NCBI GenBank assembly: GCA_937915965.1
Contig: CALGHC010000432.1
Span: forward strand, 1-43,438
Length of the DNA: 43,438 nucleotides
Direction: 5' to 3'
From: an uncultured Myxococcales bacterium
Lineage (GTDB): Bacteria > Myxococcota_A > UBA9042
The position numbers were made by a program, and so were the translations under genes. The notes below the pieces were generated by a model. The model did not search any database. It was given only the letters and a program-made list of their open reading frames with translations, and was not told where the DNA came from. Positions 11,210 to 21,021 of this stretch are shown here, piece after piece. Within the stretch, counting starts at the first letter, position 1, and the number at the start of each line of letters is the position of its first letter.

Positions 11210-12331
11210 ATGACGATCCAGTACAGCTCCGCAGCGTCCGCGGCGCGACGACGCTCAGGCGCGTTCGCCGCCTTCGCGGCTGCCACGGTCTGCGTGTGGA
11301 GCGCGGCGGGGTGCGCCTCGAACGCGCGCCTCTCTGCAGTCGAAAGTCGCGTCAGCGACATCGAGCGTGGCCGACAGGGTGTCAAAGAAGCGATGGATCT
11401 CGAGCAAAAGAGACTCGAGCGCCTCCACGCTCAGGTTGAAGAGTCGTCGGGGTATCTGCGCAAGAACGGCGCGAAGATCTCCGCCGACCTCGACCGCTTG
11501 CGCGACAACGTACGCAAGTTCACCGGTACCGTCGAAGAGCTCAGTCACCAATTGGCCGCACTTGCCAGCGCGAGTGGGGTGCACCAGACGGCCCTCCTCT
11601 CGCTACAGCAACGCCTGGACAGCCTCGTTGCCGACCTGCGCGACCGCGCCGGCATCACCGTGCTGGCGCTGCCGCACGACCTGCCAGAACACGCCGATGA
11701 TTGGGTGAAGCTCGCCAACGAGCGGCACGCAGCTGGGGAGTCCCGGGTGGCCGAGGCCGTCGCCAAGGAGTGTCAAAAACGCTTCTTGGGGACGAGTCAG
11801 GCCGGCGAGTGCGGGCTGGTTCGTGCTGACATCGCTTTCGAGGAACAGCGCTTCGGCGAGGCGACCGAGATCCTGCAGAGCGTGCACGACAGTCTCGAAG
11901 GCCGACCGGTACCGGTAGTCGGCGAGGCTCTTCTCGGTATCGCCCGCGTCCTCGAAGCCCAGGGGCACTGCAAGCGCGCGAACGAGGTCTACAAGTACCT
12001 GCGAAGTGAATTGAAGAAGCTGCCCCAGGCGTCGAAGGCCACCGAGCGCCTGCGCAGCCAGGGCGGTCGCTGCAAGGAAGGTGTGCCAGTCGTGCCGGAG
12101 GTCAAGCCGGCGCCAGCGAGCGCGCCAGGGGCGGCGCCTGAGGCCGGTGGCTTGGCGCCCGCCGCAGGGGCGCGGGACGACGCACCGACGTCGGACGACG
12201 CCGGCCCGGCGGTTGCGGCGCCCCCGCCCCAACGCGAGGTTGCACCGAGCAACAGCGAGTCGGTCGCGCCGGCTCCGACGCCTCCGGACGGCGGCAAGGA
12301 CGCGACGGCCGGCGGCAGCGCTCGACCGTGA
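11210..12331 (+). CDS. CpoB/YbgF-like Tol-Pal associated protein (coiled coil plus TPR-like domain)
   Basis: ORF trimmed to the ATG at 11210. It has a signal/lipobox-like SAAGC, a coiled-coil N-terminal half, a TPR-like helical C-terminal half and a Pro/Ala-rich tail. The position directly after pal matches ybgF/cpoB synteny. Confidence 0.55.
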   Translation: MTIQYSSAASAARRRSGAFAAFAAATVCVWSAAGCASNARLSAVESRVSDIERGRQGVKEAMDLEQKRLERLHAQVEESSGYLRKNGAKISADLDRLRDNVRKFTGTVEELSHQLAALASASGVHQTALLSLQQRLDSLVADLRDRAGITVLALPHDLPEHADDWVKLANERHAAGESRVAEAVAKECQKRFLGTSQAGECGLVRADIAFEEQRFGEATEILQSVHDSLEGRPVPVVGEALLGIARVLEAQGHCKRANEVYKYLRSELKKLPQASKATERLRSQGGRCKEGVPVVPEVKPAPASAPGAAPEAGGLAPAAGARDDAPTSDDAGPAVAAPPPQREVAPSNSESVAPAPTPPDGGKDATAGGSARP

Positions 12332-14319
12332 GCCACTCCGACCCGCTTGCCTCCAAGCCGGCCTCCGCCCGCAGCGGCAACATCTGGCCAGGTGATTGGG
12401 ACGTTGTGGTCGTCGGCGGAGGCCACGCGGGAAGCGAAGCAGCGCTTGCCACGGCCAGGGCGGGCCTGCGCACGCTGCTGCTGACAACCAACGTCGACAG
12501 AATCGGGTGGATGAGCTGCAATCCGGCGATTGGCGGCGTAGGCAAGACTCATTTGGTCGCCGAGATCGACGCGTTGGGCGGCGCGATGGCCCGCAACGCC
12601 GACGGCGCCGGTGTCCACACCAAGCTGCTGAACGCCTCGCGAGGCCCAGCGGTGCAAGCTCTGCGGGTGCAGTGCGACAAACTCGCCTACGCGACCGGAT
12701 TGCGCGAAACGGTAGAGTCCCAGCCGCGGCTGCAAGTCATGCAGGGGACGGTGACGCGGCTCTGGCTCGCCGGCAGCCAGGTCAATGGGGTCGAGACCAA
12801 CCTGGGCCTGCGACTGGAGGCCCGCACGGTGATTCTGACCGCCGGCACCTTCATGGCCGCGATCTGCCACTACGGCGACCGTCGCGAAGCGGGCGGGCGC
12901 GCCGGCGACAGCCCCGCGGCGGCCATGGCCGACTTCTTCGGTGGCCACCGCATCGCGACGCTGAGGCACAAGACTGGAACCTGCCCGCGACTGGACTGCC
13001 GCGCGATCGACTGGTCCGCGCTTGAGGTCGATCCTGGCCTGCGGCCGCCGCCATCAATTTCGACGCACCCGCCCGTCCAGCGGCTCAAGCAGATGGACTG
13101 CCATGCGACCTGGACGACCCCAGCCACCCACACGCTGATACGCGCCGCGCTCGACCGTTCGCCCCTGTTTCGCGGCAAGATTGACGGGGTGGGACCGCGC
13201 TATTGCCCGAGCATCGAGGACAAGGTCATTCGATTCGCGAACCGCGAGCGCCATCTGCTCGTGCTCGAACGCGAGGGCTGGAGAACCGGCGAGGTGTATC
13301 TCAGCGGTCTGTCGACCTCTCTGCCCGCCGACGTACAGCTCGCCGTTGTGCGGTCCGTGCCCGGCTTGAAGGCCGCCGAGATTGTCCGATTCGGCTACGC
13401 GGTCGAATACGACACGGTCGACCCCCGTCAACTCGGCACTGACCTGCAAATGTTGGATATCGGGGGCTTGTTTCTCGCAGGCCAGGTCAATGGGACCAGC
13501 GGCTACGAGGAAGCGGCAGCGCAGGGTCTCGTCGCTGCAATCGGCGCGATCGCCAAGGTGCGCGGCGACCAGCCGCCCGTCCTCGACCGCGCCGAAAGCT
13601 ATCTGGGCGTGCTCGTTGATGACCTGATCACAAACGGGGGCGGCGAGCCCTACCGCATGTTCACGTCGCGCGCGGAACACCGCCTCTCGCTGCGGCCCGG
13701 CAACGCCGACCTGCGATTGGCAAGGCTGGGCCGCCGGTTTGACCTCATCACCGATCAGCAGCTCGAGGCGGTCGAGACAAGGCGCCAGACCCTGGAGGCC
13801 GCCTGGCTGCACCTGGGGACGACCGAAGTCAGACCGGACATCGCCACCCTCGGTCTTCTCTCGACCTTCAGCGATGGCGGGCTCGACGGTCCGACGCCGC
13901 TTGCCTTGTTGTTGCGGCGACCGGCCGTGAGCCTGAGCGATCTCGCCCCCTGGTTGCCGGCCCAGCTTCAGCCGGGAACGCCGGAGTGCGTCCTGAACGA
14001 GCGCGATGTCGACGAGCTGACCGCGCGTGCTCGCTACGCGGGGTACGTCGCGCGCGAACAGACCTGTCGCGATCGCGTCGCCCGAAACGGCACGCGATCG
14101 ATCCCTGCGGACCTCGACTACCGAGCCGTGGGCGCCTTGAATGCCGAGGCGATCGAGGTACTAGAGATGGCCCGTCCGACCACATTGGCCCAGGCGGGTC
14201 GCGTTCGGGGGATGACTCCAGCTGCGCTCCAGGCGCTCGCCATGCATCTCGAAGCGCGACGACGCAAGGCGGACGCCGTGGTTCAGAGGCAAGAGCCGGA
14301 CGCCGGTTCGCAGGTCTGA
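12328..14319 (+). CDS. mnmG: tRNA uridine-5-carboxymethylaminomethyl synthesis enzyme MnmG (GidA)
   Basis: 663 aa. VVVVGGGHAGSEAALATARAG FAD motif, MSCNPAIGGVGKTHLVAEIDALGG, GPRYCPSIEDKV and LFLAGQVNGTSGYEEAAAQG. The GTG start overlaps the previous stop codon (GTGA). Confidence 0.95.
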   Translation: MSHSDPLASKPASARSGNIWPGDWDVVVVGGGHAGSEAALATARAGLRTLLLTTNVDRIGWMSCNPAIGGVGKTHLVAEIDALGGAMARNADGAGVHTKLLNASRGPAVQALRVQCDKLAYATGLRETVESQPRLQVMQGTVTRLWLAGSQVNGVETNLGLRLEARTVILTAGTFMAAICHYGDRREAGGRAGDSPAAAMADFFGGHRIATLRHKTGTCPRLDCRAIDWSALEVDPGLRPPPSISTHPPVQRLKQMDCHATWTTPATHTLIRAALDRSPLFRGKIDGVGPRYCPSIEDKVIRFANRERHLLVLEREGWRTGEVYLSGLSTSLPADVQLAVVRSVPGLKAAEIVRFGYAVEYDTVDPRQLGTDLQMLDIGGLFLAGQVNGTSGYEEAAAQGLVAAIGAIAKVRGDQPPVLDRAESYLGVLVDDLITNGGGEPYRMFTSRAEHRLSLRPGNADLRLARLGRRFDLITDQQLEAVETRRQTLEAAWLHLGTTEVRPDIATLGLLSTFSDGGLDGPTPLALLLRRPAVSLSDLAPWLPAQLQPGTPECVLNERDVDELTARARYAGYVAREQTCRDRVARNGTRSIPADLDYRAVGALNAEAIEVLEMARPTTLAQAGRVRGMTPAALQALAMHLEARRRKADAVVQRQEPDAGSQV

Positions 14320-14786
14320 GCGGCGCCGCAGGTCTTGGGCGCGGACGCGCAGATTCCGTCGACGCACTCGTCACCAATGGTGCATGCGTTGCCGTCGTCG
14401 CACGCCTCGTCGGCGATCTGGTGGTCGCACAAACCACTTTGACTCTGGCATAGGTCTGTCGTGCAGATGTTGCCGTCGTTGCACAGACCGGCTTTGCAGG
14501 CGCTCTCGATCGGCTGGCAGTGATCCATGAAGCAGATGCCGTCACCGCAGTCGGTACCATCGGTACAGGGGCGCGCGCAGAATCCTTCGAGGCACAGCCC
14601 ACCAGCGCTGCACGTGGCCCCGCCCGTGCAAGTACCTTCGTACCAGCGGCGCGGTGACCCCTCAGGAGAACAGGCCGCGATCGTCGCCGTGACCAGGACG
14701 AGCGCCACGAGCGCGACCGCCCGCGGCTGGGGCCACCGCCTGCGGGCGACGTTGTCAGTGGGCGAAACCAGCGAAGACATGGACAT
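14283..14786 (-). CDS. Secreted lipoprotein with Cys-rich repeats (C-x-DGN-x-CT-x-D-x-C type)
   Basis: 167 aa. Signal peptide plus lipobox IAAC. Repeated motifs CNDGNICTTDLC and CDDGNACTIGDEC are typical of the Cys-rich repeat family common in myxobacteria. Confidence 0.6.
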   Translation of the reverse strand: MSMSSLVSPTDNVARRRWPQPRAVALVALVLVTATIAACSPEGSPRRWYEGTCTGGATCSAGGLCLEGFCARPCTDGTDCGDGICFMDHCQPIESACKAGLCNDGNICTTDLCQSQSGLCDHQIADEACDDGNACTIGDECVDGICASAPKTCGAAQTCEPASGSCL

Positions 14787-14804
14787 TCCCGCGCGGTATC
14801 GGGG

Positions 14805-16205
14805 CTACTTGTGCTGCTTGAGCAGCTTCAGATACTTCTTCTCAAGCTCGGGGCTGGCGAAGTCGGTGCGCAGGGCAAGGCGGAATCTCTCCAGGCAATC
14901 TTCCATCTTCTTTTGCCGGCAGAGGTTCTCGCCTTCGATCTCAAGAACGCCAGCGATCGCCTTGAGCGCAACGTCGGCATCGGCGCGATAGACCGAACTG
15001 GACGGGATGCGCCGGTGGTGCTGAATGGCCTCCTCGTAGGCCTTGCGGGCAAAGGCCTCTTCGGCCTTATGGAACTCAGCACCCGCGCGCTTCTCGGTGG
15101 CGATGCGATTGAGCGCCCTGATCGGCTCTTCGCGAATGGGGTCGAGACGGCGGGCCTTCTTGAACAAGCCCTCAGCCTGGTCCCACTGACGCATCTCGAC
15201 GGCCTCACGACCGCGGGCGACCAGGTCCTTGAACTCCTTCTGCTCGGCCTCTTCGGAGTCCGCGACAGGCGGCTGGGGATTGGCTACGGCAGCGGGAACG
15301 TCTGGTTCGGGCATCGGCTCAAGCGCGGGCGAGACCCAGCGGTCGTAGGCCAGACCGACCAGTACGACGAGTCCCGTGACCGCGAGCGCGATGATCGCCA
15401 GGGCAGCGACCTGCGGCAGGACGCTGCGCCCTGGCTCGGCGGGATAGACTCCCGGCGCAGCCGACTCGCCGCCACCGCCCTCGTAGTCGTAGTTGTAGTC
15501 GTCGCCATACGAGCTGATAGGCGGCGACGAGCGGAAGCCAGGTGACGGAGGCGGAGCCGGAGGATAGGCGTCTTCAAGGGGCTCGATCTCTTCTTCGCCC
15601 TCGACCTGATAGACAAAGCCGACCGTGCCAAAGCGCACCCGGTCGCCGTGCTGCAGCTCGCACACGTCGATGCGACGCTCGTTGACGTAGGTGCCATTGG
15701 AGCTGCGCAGGTCCTCGAGCACGACGCGGCCGGCAGGATCCCGAGTAAACTTGGAGTGAATACGCGAGACCGATGGATCGCTGACGATGATCGAGCAGTC
15801 CTTGCCGCGACCGACAAGCATCGTCGCTCTGTTCAGCTCCGTGACCTCGCCGACGCTGCCGTGCAGGGGCATCAGGCGCGCAAAGACCGCCGAACCAAGC
15901 GGCCGGGCAAAGGCCGCCCCCTCGATGTGCAGGAAGAAATCACCAATGCGAACTTGCGCGCTGCGAGGCAACTCGGCCACGTTGTGGATGCGCTTGCCGT
16001 TGAGCCAGGCACCGTTGGCCGAGCTGAGGTCCTCGATGTAGCAGCGCCCCTCGACGGTGTAGAGCCGCGAGTGACGACGCGAGACGTTATCGGCGGCGAG
16101 AACGATGTCGCAACTCTGGCTGCGACCAACAACGAACTCGCCGTCTTCGAACGAGTATTCGTCGACGATCGCGCCATGCTTGTCTTCGATGATCAGTGTG
16201 AACAT
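14805..16205 (-). CDS. Double FHA-domain membrane protein with a TPR-like C-terminal domain
   Basis: ORF trimmed to the ATG at 16205 (MFTLIIEDKHG...). There are two FHA signatures: GRS..CDIVL..VSRRHSRL...SANGAWLNG and GRGKDCSIIV..VSRIHSKF...SSNGTYVNE. A Pro-rich linker, one TM helix (AALAIIALAVTGLVVLVGLAY) and helical repeats follow. Confidence 0.8.
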   Translation of the reverse strand: MFTLIIEDKHGAIVDEYSFEDGEFVVGRSQSCDIVLAADNVSRRHSRLYTVEGRCYIEDLSSANGAWLNGKRIHNVAELPRSAQVRIGDFFLHIEGAAFARPLGSAVFARLMPLHGSVGEVTELNRATMLVGRGKDCSIIVSDPSVSRIHSKFTRDPAGRVVLEDLRSSNGTYVNERRIDVCELQHGDRVRFGTVGFVYQVEGEEEIEPLEDAYPPAPPPSPGFRSSPPISSYGDDYNYDYEGGGGESAAPGVYPAEPGRSVLPQVAALAIIALAVTGLVVLVGLAYDRWVSPALEPMPEPDVPAAVANPQPPVADSEEAEQKEFKDLVARGREAVEMRQWDQAEGLFKKARRLDPIREEPIRALNRIATEKRAGAEFHKAEEAFARKAYEEAIQHHRRIPSSSVYRADADVALKAIAGVLEIEGENLCRQKKMEDCLERFRLALRTDFASPELEKKYLKLLKQHK

Positions 16206-16224
16206 CGTTCCCCGAGCGCTCGTT

Positions 16225-18249
16225 CTAGAGATCGCCGTCAAGCAGCGAGCGTGTGTCGAGACCGGCCGCAGTTCGCAGCACTTCGCACACCTCGGCGAGC
16301 ACCGCCTGACCGTTCTCATCCCGTGAGAATTGCGCGACCACGTCGAGCGCCATGCCCACCCGTTCCGTGGCGAGTTCGCGATCGAGCCCCGGATGATGGA
16401 CGGCGTATCCGTGGACGAGCCGCTCGAACAGATCGCCCACCGACTCGGCGTAGACGAAGCCCATCCAGGGCGGCAAGCCGTCGAGCGAGGCGTCCACGAG
16501 CTCGGCGAGATCGCGGCTCTGGCACTCGCCGAGCAACAGCCAATCGGGCATCAGGCGGGTCGCGGTTTGTAGCAGGGGCTCGCCGGCGCGCTGAACCGAG
16601 GCATCCAACCTGATCGCGTGCGGGTGGGGCAAGCGCATGCGCACGCCCGCCTCCGTCACGACCACGCGGTCGACGTGGTCGATCTGCAAGGCAACCGCGT
16701 TCATGACCGTGCGGCGGCCAGCGCCGCGGGGACCAGCAAAGACGATCGGTCGGCGCGACCGGACCAGCTCGCGCAGGCACTCAGCGGCCGCGATGGAGAC
16801 GGTGCCGCGATTGACGAGCGCGTCGAGATCATGAGCGCGCAGGCGCGGCTTGCGCAGCAACAACACGGGTCCGGCTGGGCAGAGCGGCGGCCAGACGACG
16901 CGCAGGCTGGTGCCATCGGCGAGCGTCCCCTCGCAGTGCCACACGCGGTTGTCCTGAGCGGCGCCGCTCGCCCGAACCAATCGGCCGACGGCAGCCTCGA
17001 ACGCTTGCTGACCGCTGAATCGTTGCGCCGCACGCTCGCGTACACCGCCACGAAAGACGAAGACGGAGGCGTAGCCGCTGACCTCGATGGTCTCGATGCT
17101 GGCGTCGTCAAGCATCGGCTCCAAGGGTCCCAAACCTGTGAGCTCATAGATCAGGTCGCGCTTGAGCGCGTCGATCTCGACGTTCCCGGTCAGGGCACCG
17201 GCTTCATCGACGCTGTCGACGAAGCGAATGACCTGCTCCTCCATGGCGGCCCATTCCTGGTCGCTGAGCTCGGCGGCGTCGGCGGGGATGGCGGCGCCGA
17301 TCTCGGCCTGAGCGCGACCATATAGATACGCCAGGGCCTGATGATGGGCCTCGTCGACGGGCGAGGCCTCGACCTGGGTCGCGCCGGCCGGACCGCGGCG
17401 CGTGGCCGATACCGGACCGGGCTCGGCGGCCGACGCCGGAGCCGCGCCTTCGTCGGCCAAGAACGGGATGTCGAGTGCATCGGAAACGCCCGGAACGTCG
17501 AGCGCCGGCGGCGCCGCGGCGACGTCGGGCGCGGGTTCGTGGGACAGGTCCGACCCGAAATCGGTCCCGAAGTCGGACACCGGGTCGTGGGACAGGTCGG
17601 GCGCGAGGTCGAAAGCCGGGTCATCGAGCATCTGGCCGAGACCGTCGACGGGGCCGGTCATTCGCTCGTCGATCTCCTCTAGAGCAGCGTCCGGGTCGGC
17701 GGCGGCGACGCCGGATTGTGCCTCAGCAGCGTGGCGCGCCGCGGCGATCTGGGCCGCAGCCTCGCCACCGAATAGAGCCTCGGTCTGTTCGCTGGAAGGT
17801 TCTTCGGCGAGTGGCTCAAGATCGTCGAGCAGCTCAAGGTCCGCGCGCTCGTCGTCGGCCTCAATCTCCGGGAACTCATCAGCGGCAACCCCCGACTCGG
17901 CCTGGCCATCGGTGTCTCCATCGATCTCCGGCGGCAAGCCAGAGGCGAGGTCGGCGCTGGCCAGATCGAAGAACTGCATGACGAAATCGCCGAGGTACAG
18001 CTTGTCTTCGGTACCAAGTTCGACGGCCGTAGCGATACGGTGGCCGTTGACGTAGGTACCATTCGTCGAACCGAGGTCCTCGACGACGAAGCCCTCGTCG
18101 GCGACACGCACCATGGCGTGACGTTTGGAGATGTTCTGCTTGGGCAGAATGACGTCGTTGCCCTTGACGCGGCCGATCAGGATCTCGGGCTTGTCGAAGT
18201 GGAAGGTGTAGACCTGTCCGCCTCGCTCGCGAATGGTGACGCTGAACAT
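16225..18249 (-). CDS. FHA domain fused to a CpaF/VirB11/T2SS-E-like secretion ATPase domain with a non-canonical Walker A
   Basis: 674 aa. The N-terminal FHA domain reads GRVKGNDVILPKQNISKRHAMV...STNGTYVNG. About 200 aa of acidic low complexity follows. The C-terminal ATPase fold has a Walker-B-like PDWLLLGECQSRD. Walker A reads GPRGAGRRT (nt 16708..16734) instead of GxxGxGK[ST]. Confidence 0.8.
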   Translation of the reverse strand: MFSVTIRERGGQVYTFHFDKPEILIGRVKGNDVILPKQNISKRHAMVRVADEGFVVEDLGSTNGTYVNGHRIATAVELGTEDKLYLGDFVMQFFDLASADLASGLPPEIDGDTDGQAESGVAADEFPEIEADDERADLELLDDLEPLAEEPSSEQTEALFGGEAAAQIAAARHAAEAQSGVAAADPDAALEEIDERMTGPVDGLGQMLDDPAFDLAPDLSHDPVSDFGTDFGSDLSHEPAPDVAAAPPALDVPGVSDALDIPFLADEGAAPASAAEPGPVSATRRGPAGATQVEASPVDEAHHQALAYLYGRAQAEIGAAIPADAAELSDQEWAAMEEQVIRFVDSVDEAGALTGNVEIDALKRDLIYELTGLGPLEPMLDDASIETIEVSGYASVFVFRGGVRERAAQRFSGQQAFEAAVGRLVRASGAAQDNRVWHCEGTLADGTSLRVVWPPLCPAGPVLLLRKPRLRAHDLDALVNRGTVSIAAAECLRELVRSRRPIVFAGPRGAGRRTVMNAVALQIDHVDRVVVTEAGVRMRLPHPHAIRLDASVQRAGEPLLQTATRLMPDWLLLGECQSRDLAELVDASLDGLPPWMGFVYAESVGDLFERLVHGYAVHHPGLDRELATERVGMALDVVAQFSRDENGQAVLAEVCEVLRTAAGLDTRSLLDGDL

Positions 18250-18436
18250 CCGTGCTCCCTGTCTTCGCGCCTGCCCACGGCCTCGCCACCGCAGCGCTTG
18301 CCGAATCCCGCCGTTCGCTGGACGGCCGGACCTGCCCGAACCTCACGAAGCTATGCTGCGGGGCAAGCGAAGCGCGCATGGACGGGGTGCCAGAAGGCAC
18401 ATACGGACCGTATAGTCGACAACGGCACGGCGGACG

Positions 18437-19108
18437 TCAAGGCAGCGGCGCGAGGCGGCACGCAGCCGACAGAAGGGCAGCGGTCTCGTCCCACGCGGCG
18501 CGGATGCATGCGACTCCCGCCGCTCCCTGCGCGAACACGGGGGCGACCGTGTCCACGTCGATGCCGCCCAACGCGATGACGCGCCCAGGGTAGCGCCTGG
18601 CGACCGCGCCAAACGCGTCGAGACCGAGCGGCGCGGCACCTGGCTTGCTGGGAGTGGCAAAGACTGGCGAGACGAATACGCGATCGGCGCCCGCGGCGAG
18701 AGCCGCGTCGACCCCGGCGCCGCTGTGACAGGAGCACGACAACACGACATCGCTGCGGTCGGCGGCGTCCAGGGCACGGCGCCAGAGAAGCGGCCTGGCC
18801 GCTCGCTCGGGCAGCTGCAGGCAGGCGATCCCGGTCGGGGCGATTGTCTCAACCATTCGGACCAAATCGGATGGCGATCGCGTGCCGCCGACGTTCAGAG
18901 ATATGTCGGCTCCGGCAGCAACCAGGGGCGCGACCGCTTCGAGCCAACCACCAGTGACAACCGAAGCGGGATCGTCGAGCCGCAGCTGAACCGCCCACGG
19001 GCCAACGCGACCAGGAGCGAGGGAAGCGACGAGGGACCGCGCCGCGAGCTGCAGATCGACCGTCCGCCACCCTGGCGTAGTGAGCGCCGTCCACCTCGGC
19101 ACGGGCAT
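18437..19108 (-). CDS. thiE: Thiamine-phosphate synthase-like protein
   Basis: 223 aa. The C-terminal half, GADRVFVSPVFATPSKPGAAPLGLDAFGAV...VIALGGIDVDTVAPVFAQGAAGVACIRA, matches the ThiE TIM-barrel motif. It lies directly downstream of thiG. The N-terminal half is divergent. Confidence 0.7.
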   Translation of the reverse strand: MPVPRWTALTTPGWRTVDLQLAARSLVASLAPGRVGPWAVQLRLDDPASVVTGGWLEAVAPLVAAGADISLNVGGTRSPSDLVRMVETIAPTGIACLQLPERAARPLLWRRALDAADRSDVVLSCSCHSGAGVDAALAAGADRVFVSPVFATPSKPGAAPLGLDAFGAVARRYPGRVIALGGIDVDTVAPVFAQGAAGVACIRAAWDETAALLSAACRLAPLP

Positions 19109-19126
19109 GATGGCTTCCTTGGTCGG

Positions 19127-19942
19127 CTATTCGATCAGGCCTGTCATCGGGCTCGACGCGGTTGCGTAGGGTTTCGCTGGAATCCGCCCGCTGAGCCAGG
19201 CGAGGCGACCGGCCTGCACCCCCAGCCTCATGGCACGGGCCATCCCGACCGGATCGCGAGCGCCGGCGATCGCTGTATTCATGAGCACCGCCGTGCACCC
19301 CAGCTCAAGCGCCTCTGCCGCGTGCGAGGCAGTGCCCACGCCGGCGTCGACGAGAACGGGCACTGAGACTTCCTCAAGGATCAAACGGAGGTTGTGCTTG
19401 TTGCGTAGCCCCAACCCCGTCCCAATCGGCGCGCCAAGGGGCATCACCGCGGCGCAGCCGAGGTCCTCCAGCTTCTTGCAGAGAACGGCGTCGTCACCGC
19501 AATAGGGCAGCACGTGGAACCCCTCCTTGACCAGGACGGCAGCAGCCACAAGGAGCGCCTCATTGTCCGGAAGCAGCGTGCGCTCCGAGCCAATCACCTC
19601 CAGCTTGATGAGGTCCCCCATGCCTGCCTCGCGGGCCAGCATCGCGGTACGGATTGCGTCATCGGCGGTGTAGCACGCTGCGGTGTTGGGAAGGAGGATG
19701 TGACGCTGCGGGTCGAGGGCGTCGAGCACCGTCTGCGCGCCCGCGGTGAGATCGACGCGACGCACCGCGACGGTGACGATCTCGGCGCCGCTCTCATCGA
19801 TGGCCCGCCGGGTCTCGTCGATGGACGCGTACTTGCCGGTTCCTACGAGCAGGCGGGACCAAAGAGTCCGGCCAGCCAGCTGCCAGCTGTCGTCGCGCTC
19901 AAGAACAGGAACGGGTTCTGCGGGGACATTCGAAGGCGTCAT
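19127..19942 (-). CDS. thiG: Thiazole synthase
   Basis: 271 aa, with [33 protein letters not shown]...[17 protein letters not shown] and [32 protein letters not shown]. Confidence 0.95.
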   Translation of the reverse strand: MTPSNVPAEPVPVLERDDSWQLAGRTLWSRLLVGTGKYASIDETRRAIDESGAEIVTVAVRRVDLTAGAQTVLDALDPQRHILLPNTAACYTADDAIRTAMLAREAGMGDLIKLEVIGSERTLLPDNEALLVAAAVLVKEGFHVLPYCGDDAVLCKKLEDLGCAAVMPLGAPIGTGLGLRNKHNLRLILEEVSVPVLVDAGVGTASHAAEALELGCTAVLMNTAIAGARDPVGMARAMRLGVQAGRLAWLSGRIPAKPYATASSPMTGLIE

Positions 19943-20220
19943 GCTGGGTCTCCCTGGTGAGGTGGTGGGCGCGATTTCAGGCGATCAAGCGGCCGTGCGA
20001 CGGTGACTTCAGGGTGCGGAGCGTGCAGCAAGCGGCGCCGTTTGGGAAGGGATCCGGACCCGGCGCCAGCGGCCTGATCGGGATGCACGGCTCCATCCGA
20101 CTGCCTTGACAGCCCTCGGGGGCTCGCATAGCCTGCTTGCGCTTCGTCCGCGACCGGCAATGCAGCCGACCTCGCGACGGAATCGACTGCCGGCCGCCCG
20201 CTGGCGGCGCACCGGACCCC

Positions 20221-21021
20221 ATGACCCCGACCCACGAGCCTGCTGCTGGCGCGGCCGCGGTTCCAACCGCCGCCGAGGCCCGATTCCTGGCCGAGCTTCA
20301 AGACTTGCGCGCTCACGCGACCCTGCGCGCAATGAAGCTTGGAACCGAGGAAGAGGATGTCGATCTCTTTGAGATCCAATACATCCGCTCCGTGCTGCCA
20401 GCGGAAGTCGACATCGTCGTCAAGATCGGTGGCCCCTGCGCGCGCGCCGACATGCGCCTCGCCCGCCAGATCGGCGCCCGGGGCATGGTCGCGCCGATGG
20501 TCGAGAGCGTCTACGCGCTGGAGCGCTTCATGCAGGCGACAGCGTCGCTGTATGGCGACGCCGTCGGGCTGGTCGAGCGCGGCATCAACGTCGAGACGAT
20601 CACCGCGGTCGAGCGACTCGACGATATGCTCGCATGCGACGCCGGCCGACAGCTGGATTTCTTCAACATTGGCAGGTCAGATCTGGCCGGATCGCTTGGC
20701 GATGCCGTCGGCTCGCCGCGGATGAACGACATCGTCTGCAGTGTGATCGAAAAGGGGCAGGCGGCCGGCCTGCGGGTACACGTCGGCGGTCAGGTCACGG
20801 TCAGCACTCTGGTGCCGCTGATCAGCCGGGTGCGCCTCGAAGGTTTCCACACCCGCTGGCTGATCTTCGCGATGCCCCTGCCGGCTGAGGTCGGCGCCAT
20901 CGTCGGTCGCGGCCTGCGCGTCGAGATCGCGCTGCTGGAAATGCTGGCGGCCCGATTCCCCGTCCGTGCCGAAGCGCACCTCGAGCGCGCTCGCGTGACT
21001 GCTGCGCGAATCGAAGGTTGA
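20221..21021 (+). CDS. HpcH/HpaI aldolase / citrate-lyase-beta-like TIM-barrel protein
   Basis: ORF 20137..21021 trimmed to the ATG at 20221. VVKIGGP...ARQIGARGMVAPMVESVYALERF...GINVETITAVERLDDML...FNIGRSDLAGSLG follows the HpcH-family pattern (metal/substrate residues on strand ends, then E-T and D-L-s-x-s-l-G). Both the start and the exact family are uncertain. Confidence 0.5.
   Translation: MTPTHEPAAGAAAVPTAAEARFLAELQDLRAHATLRAMKLGTEEEDVDLFEIQYIRSVLPAEVDIVVKIGGPCARADMRLARQIGARGMVAPMVESVYALERFMQATASLYGDAVGLVERGINVETITAVERLDDMLACDAGRQLDFFNIGRSDLAGSLGDAVGSPRMNDIVCSVIEKGQAAGLRVHVGGQVTVSTLVPLISRVRLEGFHTRWLIFAMPLPAEVGAIVGRGLRVEIALLEMLAARFPVRAEAHLERARVTAARIEG

Noticed and set aside
19943-20220. 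Possible TPP (THI-box) riboswitch upstream of thiG, or upstream of the divergent gene.
   Set aside because: I read both strands looking for the conserved CUGAGA, then ACCUGAUC, then GCG..AGGGA order. Only loose fragments are present (CCTGATCGGGAT, GGGAAGG), they are in the wrong order, and there is no CUGAGA. An Rfam RF00059 scan would settle it.
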